Shown here: piece after piece, positions 51,001 to 57,999 of the stretch | How the letters are laid out: each line of letters starts with the position of its first letter | Position numbering within the stretch: the stretch's first letter is position 1 | From: Planctomycetota bacterium | GTDB lineage: Bacteria > Planctomycetota > UBA11346 | Direction of reading: 5' to 3' | NCBI GenBank assembly: GCA_038213805.1 | Contig: JBBQSO010000006.1 | Span: forward strand, 1 to 64,000 | Length of the DNA: 64,000 bases | Notes under the pieces: generated by a model | Seen by the model: only the letters and a program-made list of their open reading frames with translations | Databases searched by the model: none | Told to the model about the DNA's origin: nothing | Position numbers and translations under genes: made by a program

Positions 51001-54000
51001 CGCGGCCGCCGGCTTCACCGGCACCGGTGCGAGCTACGCCTTCGACGTCACCACCGCCGTCCAGGGTGCGGTGGGGGTCTCGATCTTGGCCAATGCCTGC
51101 ACCGACCTGGCGATCAACAACAACGTCGCCTCGAACGCGCTGAGCAAGACCTACGACACCACCGGGCCGGTCCCGACCATCGCTTCGACCGCCCCCGCCA
51201 TCACCAACGCCACCATCCCGATCACGGTGACCTTCGACCAGCCGGTGACCGGCTTCGTCTCGGGCGACCTGACCATCGGCAACGGCACGGTCTCGGCCTT
51301 CAGCGGCTCGGGCGCGACCTATGCGGCGACCATCACCGCGACCAGCGATGGCACCGTGACCGTCGACATCGCGGGCGGCGTCGCCCAGGACCTGGCCGGC
51401 AACAACAACACCACCGGCGTGCAGCTGGCGCGCACCTTCGACCACACCGCCCCGACCGCGGCCATCGCCTTCGCCGGCAGCAACCCGACCAACCTGGCGC
51501 TGCCCGTGACGGTGACCTTCAGCGAGCCGGTCAGCGGCTTCCTGGCCACCGCCCTGACGGTCAGCAATGGCGCGGTCTCGGCCTTCACCGGCAGCGGCGC
51601 GACCTACACCTTCACGGTCACGCCGTCCGCGCAGGGCACCGTCACGGTCGCCTTCGCGGCCGGCAAGTACCGCGACCTCGCGACCAACCTCAACACCGCG
51701 ACCACCACGCTGAGCACGATCTTCGACACCGTGCGTCCGACCGTGGTGCTGAGCACCACCCTGGCCTCGAGCACCTTCAACACCGGCAGCTTCCACGTCA
51801 TCGCGACCTTCAGCGAGGCGGTCACCAGCTTCGACGTCAGCGACGTCACGGTGACCGGCGGCGCGGCCTCGGCCTTCACGGGCACCGGTGCGAGCTACGC
51901 CTTCGACGTGACCACCGCCACCCCGGGCGCCGTCGGCGTCGCGATCGCCACCAGCGTGTGCACCGACCTCGCGACCAACAGCAACGTGGCCTCGAGCACG
52001 TTGACCAGGACCTATGACACCAGCGGCCCCGGTCTGGTCATCACCTCGGCCGCTCCGGCTGCGACCAATGCGCCCATCCCGATCACGGTGACCTTCGACC
52101 AGCCGGTGACCGGCTTCGTCCAGGGCGACCTGACCGTCGGCAACGGCACGGTCACCGCCTTCAGCGGCTCGGGTGCGACCTACGCGGTGACCATCACCGC
52201 GACCACCGACGGCACCGTCACGGTCGACATCGCGGGCGGTGTCGCGCAGGATCTCGCCGGCAACGACAACACCACCGGCGCGCAGTTCTCGCGCACCTTC
52301 GACCACACCATCCCGACGGCGGCCATCGCTCTGGGCGGGCCCAACCCGACCAACAGCGCCATCCCGGTCACGGTGACCTTCAGCGAGCCGGTGAGCGGCT
52401 TCACCGCCGGCGCCCTGACCATTACCAACGGCGTGGTCTCGGCCTTCACGGGCAGCGGCGCGACTTACACCTTCACCGTCACGCCGCCCGCGCAGGGCAC
52501 CGTGACGCTGGCCTTCGCGGCTGGCAAATACCGCGACATCGCCGGCAACTTCAACACCGCCACCACCACCCAGAGCGCGGTGTTCGACACCGTCCGCCCG
52601 ACCGTGGTGCTGACCACCAGCCAGGCCTCGGCCACCTTCAACACCGGCACCTTCCATGTGATCGCGACCTTCAGCGAGGCGGTGACCGGCTTCGACGTCA
52701 ACGATGTGACGGTGACGAACGGTGCGGCCACGGCCTTCACCGGCACCGGCGCGAGCTACGCCTTCGACGTCACCACCGCCGTCCAGGGCACCGTCGGCGT
52801 GGCCATCGCGACCAGCGTCTGCACCGACCTGGCGTCCAACAACAACCTCGCTGCGACGACCCTGAGCCGCACCTACGACATCACCGGCCCGACCGTGACC
52901 ATCGCCTCGGCCGCTCCGGCCCTGACCAACACCACCATCCCGATCACCCTGACCTTCAGCGAGGTGGTGACCGGCTTCACGACCGGCGACCTGACCGTCG
53001 GCAACGGCACGGTCACGGCCTTCAGCGGCTCGGGCGCAACCTACGCGGCGACCATCACCGCGACCACCGACGGCTCGGTGACGGTCGACATCGCGGGCGG
53101 CGTCTGCACCGATCTCGCCGGCAACGGCAGCACCACCGGCACGCAGTTCAGCCGCACCTTCGACCACACCCTGCCGACCGCGGCCATCGCCTTCGCCGGA
53201 GCCAGCCCGACCAATGCGCCGCTCGCGGTGACGGTGACCTTCAGCGAGCCGGTGACCGGCTTCCTGGCCTCTGCCTTGACGGTCAGCAACGGCGCGGTCT
53301 CGGCCTTCACCGGCTCGGGCGCGACCTACACCTTCACGGTCACGCCGCCCGCGCAGGGCTCGGTCTCGGTCGCCCTCGCGGCCGCCAAGTACCATGACCT
53401 GGCCAACAACAACAACACCGCGACGACCACCCTGAGCGCGGTGTTCGACACCGTGCGCCCGACCGTGGTGCTGAGCACCGGCCTGACCTCGGCCACCTTC
53501 AACACCGGCACCTTCCATGTGATCGCGACCTTCAGCGAGGCGGTCACCAGCTTCGACGTCAGCGATGTGACGGTGACGAACGGCGCGGCCTCGGGCTTCA
53601 CCGGCACCGGCGCGAGCTACGCCTTCGACGTCACCACGGCGACCGAAGGTGCCGTCGGCGTGGCCATCGCGGCCACCGTGTGCACCGACATCGCGACCAA
53701 CAACAACGTCGCCTCGAACACGCTGACCAAGACCTATGACGTCAGCGGCCCGGCCGTGACCATCACCTCGGCCGCCGCGGCCATGGTCAATGCGCCCTTC
53801 ACCATCACCGTGACCTTCGACCAGGCGGTGACCGGCTTCGCCCTGGGCGACCTGACCGTGGGCAACGGTACGGCCTCGGCCCTGACCGGCTCGGGTGCGA
53901 CCTACGCCCTGAGCATCAGCCCGACCGCTGATGGTACGGTGACCGTCGACATCGCGGCGGGCGTCGCCCAGGACCTGGCCGGCAACGACAACACCACCGG

Positions 54001-55486
54001 TGCGCAGTTCAGCCGCACCTACGACCACACCCTGCCGACCGCGGCCATCGCGATCAGCGGCGCCAACCCGACCAACGTCCCGATCCCGGTCACGGTGACC
54101 TTCAGCGAGCCGGTCAGCGGCTTCCTGGCCACTGCCCTGACCGTCACCAACGGCTCGGTCTCGGGCCTCACCGGCAGCGGTGCGACCTACAGCTTCACGG
54201 TCACGGCGACCGCGCAGGGCACCGTGACGGTGGCCTTCGCGGCCAACAAGTACCGCGACCTCGCGGGCAACTTCAACACCGCGACCACCACGCTGAGCAC
54301 CCTGTTCGACAGCGTCGGGCCGACCGTGACCCTGACCAGCACGTCGACCAGCCGCACGCGTCTGCAGCCGATCCCGGTCACCGCGACCTTCAGCGAGTCG
54401 GTCACCGGGTTCGTGGTCGGCGACCTGACGGTCAGCAACGGCACCGCGGGCAACTTCACCGGCACCGGCCGCACCTACACCTTCGACATCACCCCGACGG
54501 CGGCCGGTGTCCTGACGGTGAGCATCGCCAGCGGGGTGGCCACCGACGCGGCCGGCAACGGCAACACCACGTCCAACACCCTGTCGCGCACCTTCGATGA
54601 CACCGGCCCGCGCCCGGTCATCACCTCGGCGGCGCCGAGCCTGGAGAAGACCCCCACCATCAGCGTGACGGTGACCTTCCCCGAGTCGGTGAGCGGCTTC
54701 ACGGTCGCGGATCTCACCATCGGCAACGGCTTCGCCACCGCCTTCGCAGGCTCGGGCGCGACCTACACCTTCACCCTCAACCAGGGCCAGGGCACAGTAA
54801 CGGTGGACATCGACGACAACGTCTGCGTCGATCTCGCCGGCAACGGCAACCTCTCGGCGGTGCAGTTCACCCGCACCTACGACAGCATCCCGCCGACCGC
54901 GGTGGTGACGACCAGCGGCGGGGTGGCGACCAACTCCGCGGCGATCGCCTACACCATCACCTTCAGCGAGGACGTGACGGGCTTCGCCCTGAACAAGCTG
55001 ACGGTGATCAACGGCACCGCCAGCTCGCTGGCCGGCACGGGCCCGACCTACACCTTCACTGTCACCGCGACGGCCAGCGGCCAGGTGGTGGTGGGCATCG
55101 CTGACAACGCCATCAACGATGTCGCCGGCAACGCCAACCGCGCCTCCAACTACGTCGTGGTCACTTACCTTGCGACCGGCCCGAGCGTGACGCTCTCCAC
55201 CGACGTCAGCGAGTGGTCGGCGGCCACCGCCATCCCGATCCAGGTCACGGTGGTGTTCAGCGCGTCGGTGACCGGCTTCACCGTGGGCGACCTGACCGTC
55301 GGCAACGGTACGGCGGGCAACTTCGCCGGCTCGGGCCGGGTCTACACCTTCGACCTGACCCCGACCTCGACCGCTTCGCCGGTGACCGTCGATGTCAGCG
55401 CCGGAGTGGCCACGGACGCGGCCACCAACGGCAACCTGGTCGCACCGCAGCTCAACATGGTCTACATGCCCAACGGCAACGGCTGA
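42095..55486 (+). CDS. Giant secreted Ig-like repeat protein (~4463 aa, 46 Big_12-like domains), putative surface adhesin/filament
   Basis: Extended signal peptide …WALGLLLCVATTFAAAA; ~95-aa units PT(V/A)xI…TF(S/D)ExVTGF…G(S/T)GATY…DLAGN…(F/Y)D; 861-bp super-repeat. Confidence 0.92.
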   Translation: MRLNASPAVTATAWTIGAALRRAQDTLRSGARWALGLLLCVATTFAAAATAPTVVITCPAVTAASTNLSVVTFTATFSQAVSGFDVSGITTVNAAAGAFTVVNATVYTFSMTPAAEGVFSAKVNAGACTATAAGATPNLASVVFAKTYDVTAPTTTITSTAPSLTNTTIPIKITFNEAVAGFTLTDITVSGGTVASFAGSGATYTAIVTASGDGSVTVDVAGGACTDIAGNANVVATQLVRTFDHTAPTATITTTAASPVNAAYPVTVTFSEAVTAFIATNMTVTGGTIASFAGSGSTYTFTVNPTLQGNVTVALTASKTKDLAGNFNSAATSLVVVFDSVRPTAAFTSTVSTATTNLATIPMTLTFSEVVTGFDISQIAVTNGATSNAAGSGRTYTFDLAPTAEGAVTVNYAIGQVADAANNTNTASAAFTRTYDTTAPTISITSTAPTLTNAVIPIKITFSEAVTGFTLGDITVGNGTASALLGSGASYTANVTATTDGQVTVDVADAVCTDIAGNADIAASQFSVAFDKTSPIATIATTTPTPSNVPFAVTVSFDEAVTGFVASDMSVTNGAISGFAGSGASYSMVITPATQGNVTITMTAAKCLDLAGNSNLAATALAVVFDTVKPTVVFTSTISAASTNLSTIPVTATFSEVVTGFSDSQLTLVNGSTANLAGSGRTYTFDLNPGVEGTVTVALPAGQATDAAGNTNSLSTTFSKAYDLTAPTVTVTGTGPAVTNTTIPIRIVFNEAVSGFTVGDLTVVGGTAGSFAGSGATYTAVITATSDGTVTVDIDAAVCTDIAGNALAAGTAQFSAVFDHTAPTATIASTSTSPTSAAFPVTIVFSEPVTAFVVANVTVTNGTISGFSGSGANYAFTVTPPAQGTAVVALTAGKVKDLAGNFNLAAGSLSMAFDSVHPTVVLSSTLTVGSTNLSTIPVTATFSETVTGVDFTTLTLVNGVVANFTGGGRTYTFDLNPSAEGTVSVTVPANNATDGAGNGNTASATFTRAYDLTGPTPTITSTAANLVSTTIPVVVTWDEAVTGFTLADVTVGNGTAGSFAGSGASYSFLITATADGTVTVDIAGSTCTDIATNINNAATQFSRVVFDHTAPTAVITTTASSRTNAAIPVTITFSEPVTAFVATNVTVTNGVISGFAGSGATYSFTVTPPAQGTATIALAANKVKDIAGNFNLAATSLPVVFDTVHPTVALTAALASSSFNTGSFHVTATFSEAVTGFDETDVTVVNGAVANLTGSGASYSFDVTTAVTGAVAVSIAANVCTDLATNNNLASTTLTKTYDLNGPGMIITSTAPAITKVAIPVTITFDQPVTGFAVGDLTVGNGTAGSFTGSGATYSAVLTASGDGTVTLDIAAGVCQDLAANDNTSGIQFVRTFDSTAPTAVFATTAANPSNVAIPVTVTFSETVTGFTASALTLTNGTVSAFAGSGATYSFTLSAVAQGTVTVAFAANKYHDVPGNFNTATTTMSVVFDTVRPSVTLTSSVASATFNTGTFPVVVTFSEAVTGFDASSLTIGNGAVANFAGSGASYSFDVTTATPGAVTVAVAASVCTDLAINDNFASTVLTKTYDTTGQTPVIASTAPALTNAAIPITVTFGQAVTGFTSGDLTVGNGTVTAFSGSGATYAATITATTDGTVTVDIAAGVAQDLAGNDTSTGAQFSRSFDHTLPTAAIAFGGANPTNVAIPVTVTFSEPVSGFLATALTLTNGSVSAFAGSGATYTFTMTATTQGTVTVAFAASKYRDLANNLNTATTTQSAVFDTVRPTVVLSTSLASASFNSGTFHVIATFSEAVTGFDVSDVTVTNGAAAGFTGTGASYAFDVTTATLGAVSVSIAANVCTDLAINNNVASSALVKTYDTNGPAVVVTSNAPALTNTTIPITVTFDQAVTGFIAGDLTVGNGTVSAFSGSGATYAVTITATTDGTVTVDIAGGVAQDLAGNNNTTGAQFSRTFDHTLPTAAIAFTGANPSNVVLPVTVTFSEPVSGFLVSALTLTNGTASAATGSGATYSFTVTATTQGTVTVAFATTKYRDLAGNFNTATTTQSAVFDTVRPTVALSTSLTSGSFNSGSFHVIATFSEAVTGFDVSDVTVTNGAAAGFTGTGASYAFDVTTATVGAVSVSIAANVCTDLAINNNVASSALVKTYDTSAPGLLITSAAPAITNSTIPLTVTFDQAVTGFIAGDLTVGNGTVTAFSGSGATYAVTITATTDGTVTVDIAGGVAQDLAGNNNTTGAQFARTFDHTAPTAAIALGGANPTNTTIPVTVTFSEPVSGFLVSALTLTNGTASAATGSGATYSFTVTATTQGTVTVAFATTKYRDLAGNFNTATTTQSAVFDTVRPTVALTSTTTSPLFNTGTFRVIATFSEAVTGFDVSDVTVSNGAASGFTGTGASYAFDVTTATIGQVSVSIAANVCTDLAINNNVASSAMVKTYDTNGPGVTITSTAPAITNAAIPVTITFDQQVTGFSPTDLTIGNGSVAAFSGSGATYAVTITATSDGTVTVDIAGGVCQDLAGNNNTTGAQFSRTFDHVAPTSAITLGGSNPTNTTIPVTITFSETVSGFAASALTITNGTASAVSGSGATYALTVTATTQGTVTVAFAASKYRDLAGNFNTATTTQSALFDSVRPTVVLSTSLASSSFNTGSFHVIAIFSEAVTGFDVSDVTVTNGAAAGFTGTGASYAFDVTTATPGVVTASIATSACADAATNANLASNTLSKVFNTTGPVPAIATSAPGLTNTTIPITVTFTAPVTGFTQGDLTIGNGTVSAFSGSGATYAATITATTDGTVTVDIAAGVAQDLAGNDNSTGVQLARTFDHTAPTAALALGGANPTNTTIPVTVTFSEAVSGFAASALTITNGTASAVSGSGATYAFTVTATTQGTVTVAFAANKYRDFANNFNTATSTQSAVFDTVRPTVVLTTSLVSGSFNTGTFHVIATFSEAVTGFDVSDVTVTNGAAAGFTGTGASYAFDVTTAVQGAVGVSILANACTDLAINNNVASNALSKTYDTTGPVPTIASTAPAITNATIPITVTFDQPVTGFVSGDLTIGNGTVSAFSGSGATYAATITATSDGTVTVDIAGGVAQDLAGNNNTTGVQLARTFDHTAPTAAIAFAGSNPTNLALPVTVTFSEPVSGFLATALTVSNGAVSAFTGSGATYTFTVTPSAQGTVTVAFAAGKYRDLATNLNTATTTLSTIFDTVRPTVVLSTTLASSTFNTGSFHVIATFSEAVTSFDVSDVTVTGGAASAFTGTGASYAFDVTTATPGAVGVAIATSVCTDLATNSNVASSTLTRTYDTSGPGLVITSAAPAATNAPIPITVTFDQPVTGFVQGDLTVGNGTVTAFSGSGATYAVTITATTDGTVTVDIAGGVAQDLAGNDNTTGAQFSRTFDHTIPTAAIALGGPNPTNSAIPVTVTFSEPVSGFTAGALTITNGVVSAFTGSGATYTFTVTPPAQGTVTLAFAAGKYRDIAGNFNTATTTQSAVFDTVRPTVVLTTSQASATFNTGTFHVIATFSEAVTGFDVNDVTVTNGAATAFTGTGASYAFDVTTAVQGTVGVAIATSVCTDLASNNNLAATTLSRTYDITGPTVTIASAAPALTNTTIPITLTFSEVVTGFTTGDLTVGNGTVTAFSGSGATYAATITATTDGSVTVDIAGGVCTDLAGNGSTTGTQFSRTFDHTLPTAAIAFAGASPTNAPLAVTVTFSEPVTGFLASALTVSNGAVSAFTGSGATYTFTVTPPAQGSVSVALAAAKYHDLANNNNTATTTLSAVFDTVRPTVVLSTGLTSATFNTGTFHVIATFSEAVTSFDVSDVTVTNGAASGFTGTGASYAFDVTTATEGAVGVAIAATVCTDIATNNNVASNTLTKTYDVSGPAVTITSAAAAMVNAPFTITVTFDQAVTGFALGDLTVGNGTASALTGSGATYALSISPTADGTVTVDIAAGVAQDLAGNDNTTGAQFSRTYDHTLPTAAIAISGANPTNVPIPVTVTFSEPVSGFLATALTVTNGSVSGLTGSGATYSFTVTATAQGTVTVAFAANKYRDLAGNFNTATTTLSTLFDSVGPTVTLTSTSTSRTRLQPIPVTATFSESVTGFVVGDLTVSNGTAGNFTGTGRTYTFDITPTAAGVLTVSIASGVATDAAGNGNTTSNTLSRTFDDTGPRPVITSAAPSLEKTPTISVTVTFPESVSGFTVADLTIGNGFATAFAGSGATYTFTLNQGQGTVTVDIDDNVCVDLAGNGNLSAVQFTRTYDSIPPTAVVTTSGGVATNSAAIAYTITFSEDVTGFALNKLTVINGTASSLAGTGPTYTFTVTATASGQVVVGIADNAINDVAGNANRASNYVVVTYLATGPSVTLSTDVSEWSAATAIPIQVTVVFSASVTGFTVGDLTVGNGTAGNFAGSGRVYTFDLTPTSTASPVTVDVSAGVATDAATNGNLVAPQLNMVYMPNGNG

Positions 55487-57825
55487 GACCCGGCGCTGCG
55501 GCGCAGCTCCTGGAGCAGGACGATGACCTGCGCGGTCGCCGCAGCCGTGCCGGGCGGGAGGGGGCCACGCTCGCTGGAGCGCCAGGCGTCCTGGTAGAGG
55601 CCGGCCAGGAACGGCAGCAGCCGGCGCGCGTGCGCGGCATCGGGCTGGGCGGTGTGCACGCACTCGACCAGCTCTTCAGCGCGCAGCGCGACAAACCTGG
55701 ACGCCGGCAGCGCTGTCGCCAGCTCGGCGACGGTGACGTCCGGGGCGCTCAGCAGCAGGTCGATCGCGAGCCGGGTGATGTGGCTGTCCTGGTAGCGCCC
55801 GGCGATGCGCACCAGCGCGGGGACCACCACCTGCCAGCCCTTGCCTTGGGCCATGACCCCACGGATGGCGCAGGCAATGGTGGCCGCCTCGTCGAAGGTG
55901 GCGGGCCCCTGGACGTCTGCGAGTTCGGGTGCCTGCGCACCCGCCTCGCCGCGCAGCAGCGCCAGCCGGCGTGCGATCAGCTCCGGCGCCGCCGCCAGCG
56001 GCGGACGACCGAGCAGGTGGTGGTAGCTGAAGTCCGAGAACGGGTAGACCGCCAGGCAGGCGAGGGCGATGCCGTCCTTGTCGCGCGCTGACGCGCGTCC
56101 GAAGCGCAGGTAGTAGACCGCTTCGCCCCACGGCACGCCGCCGAGCGCGCGCGCGATGGCTGCGTCCGCCTCTGCGCTCAACTGCGCATCCTCGCGCACC
56201 GCCAGGACCACCTGCTGGCCAAGCGTGGTCACCGCATAGGCGTCGGAAAGCGCGGGGATGGTGGCGAGGATGCGCTCGGCCTCGTCGTGCTTGCCGAGCG
56301 TCATGCCGCGGAAGGCGGGGATCGCCAGCCAGGCGCAGTACAGCGCCACGTGCAGCAGGGCACCGCGCAGCAGCGCGTCGCTGCGGCCGTCCGCGGGCGG
56401 CGACCTTCCGGAGTCCGACGCGCGTAGCATGACTGCGCAGGCGGCGCCCAGCCACGCGCAGCTGAGCACGCCGGCGAAGGTGTTCTCGGTGGCGGCCGCG
56501 ATGCCGGTGCCCACGGCCAGCACCTGCACGGCCAGGCGCAGGCGCGGTTCGGCGACCCGCCATACCGCGGCAACCAACAGGGCGGTGAGGGCGCCGAGCA
56601 GCGCCAAACCAGGGAGGCCTGCGGTCAGCCAGCATTCCAGCCACTCATCGTGCAGATGGTTGATGGTGCGGCCCTGGGTGAGCAGGCGCCCGAGATCCGG
56701 ATCGCGCTCTGCCAGGCGCAGCGCCGCGCAATCGCCCTGACCGAGCGGAGTCTGAAGCGCGCTGGTGACGCCGGCGCGGGCGATCTGCAGGCGCTCGTGG
56801 TGGCGGCCCGGACGCTCATTGGCCAGGACCATGCCGACCAGCGCCAGGCCCAGCGCCAGCGCCGCCGCGAGCGTCAGCGGCGTCGCGCGCGGCCAGCGCG
56901 CCCGGGCGCGCCCGATCACGATCAGCACGGGGATGGCGAACAGGGTGAGCGCCACGCTGCGCCGCCCGGAGTTGAGGGTCAGCGCGGCGAGCGCGACCAG
57001 GCCAACGCCGAGCAGTGGTGCTGCCCAGGCCGGTTGCGCAGTCAGGGTGCGGCGCGCCAGCGCGTGCAGCGCGCCGGCCAGCACCGCCAGCGCGAGCACC
57101 GCTCCGGCCAATCCCTGCCAGCCCATCTGCAAGGGTCCGTCCGCGCCGCGCACCACCACCACCGCCCCCGCGGCGAGCGCGAGCAGCGCGAGCAGCGCGC
57201 CATCGCGGCGGCGCGTGACCGCGGTCGCGCCCGCGGGCCACGCCAGCACCAGCCACGCGAGCAGCGCCGGCACGGCGATGTTCATCGTCCAGTTGAGGTT
57301 GCCGAACAGACGGTTGCCGATCTCGTCGCTGGCCATCGCCTCAAGGCCGTAGGGGTGCGCGACGTACGTGAGAAGGTTGGGCAGGGCCTGGGCGAGCAGG
57401 GCCACGGCACCGCACGCGCCCAACCAGGCGAGCAGGCGGCGCACGTCCAGCGGGGTGGCGAGCACCATGCCGGCGGCCGCCACTGCCAGCGCGTGCACCG
57501 CGAGCCGCGGCCAGGCCACGCCCGCCTGGGCGTGGCGCCAGTCGACCAGCGCCGTCCACGCGAGCAGCACCATCGCCACCATCAGCCATGAGCGGCTCAG
57601 CCGGCTCCAGCGTGGTTCATCGCCCAGGGTGAGGAAGGGCATGGCGAGCAGCGGCAGGAGGAGCAGCAGCGGCTCACAGCCCTGATGAGGCAGAGCTCGT
57701 CCGCACATCCAGGCCAGGCCGTTGCAGAGCACCGCCAGCCCGGCCACCAGCACCGGTGCTGCGCGCAGCAGTGACAGCGGCCTACGCAGCGGAGCCAGGC
57801 GTGATGGCAAGGGTCCTGGGATCAT
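55462..57825 (-). CDS. O-antigen ligase / O-oligosaccharyltransferase-like (Wzy_C) membrane protein with helical C-terminal domain
   Basis: Many TM helices; FGNLNW, SGRRS, ERLQI…PLGQG and NHLHDEWLECWLTAGLPGL (cf. HxHNxYL…GxxG of Wzy_C); 3' end overlaps the giant gene by 25 bp. Confidence 0.72.
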   Translation of the reverse strand: MIPGPLPSRLAPLRRPLSLLRAAPVLVAGLAVLCNGLAWMCGRALPHQGCEPLLLLLPLLAMPFLTLGDEPRWSRLSRSWLMVAMVLLAWTALVDWRHAQAGVAWPRLAVHALAVAAAGMVLATPLDVRRLLAWLGACGAVALLAQALPNLLTYVAHPYGLEAMASDEIGNRLFGNLNWTMNIAVPALLAWLVLAWPAGATAVTRRRDGALLALLALAAGAVVVVRGADGPLQMGWQGLAGAVLALAVLAGALHALARRTLTAQPAWAAPLLGVGLVALAALTLNSGRRSVALTLFAIPVLIVIGRARARWPRATPLTLAAALALGLALVGMVLANERPGRHHERLQIARAGVTSALQTPLGQGDCAALRLAERDPDLGRLLTQGRTINHLHDEWLECWLTAGLPGLALLGALTALLVAAVWRVAEPRLRLAVQVLAVGTGIAAATENTFAGVLSCAWLGAACAVMLRASDSGRSPPADGRSDALLRGALLHVALYCAWLAIPAFRGMTLGKHDEAERILATIPALSDAYAVTTLGQQVVLAVREDAQLSAEADAAIARALGGVPWGEAVYYLRFGRASARDKDGIALACLAVYPFSDFSYHHLLGRPPLAAAPELIARRLALLRGEAGAQAPELADVQGPATFDEAATIACAIRGVMAQGKGWQVVVPALVRIAGRYQDSHITRLAIDLLLSAPDVTVAELATALPASRFVALRAEELVECVHTAQPDAAHARRLLPFLAGLYQDAWRSSERGPLPPGTAAATAQVIVLLQELRRSAGSQPLPLGM

Positions 57826-57999
57826 CGGCGCTCCGCGCGCCGGAGAGGTGCCCGGCGGCAGCGGGGGACTACAGCGCCCGGGGGCTGGGGGATCAAGACC
57901 GTGGCGCGGTCCCGCACCAGGGTTTGGCGCTTTGCGCACCACCGCGCCCTGGGGTAGGCTAAGCGAAGCCGTCATCTGCGGCCCGGCAAGGAGCCAGCC

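Noticed and set aside
42242..55486. High density of N-x-S/T sequons suggesting N-glycosylation
   Set aside because: Expected from the Asn/Thr-rich composition alone; no PglB/STT3-like gene recognised here
47003..55663. 2886-aa minus-strand ORF and the many ~90-aa periodic antisense ORFs
   Set aside because: Antisense shadows of the GC-rich repetitive giant gene; no independent protein features
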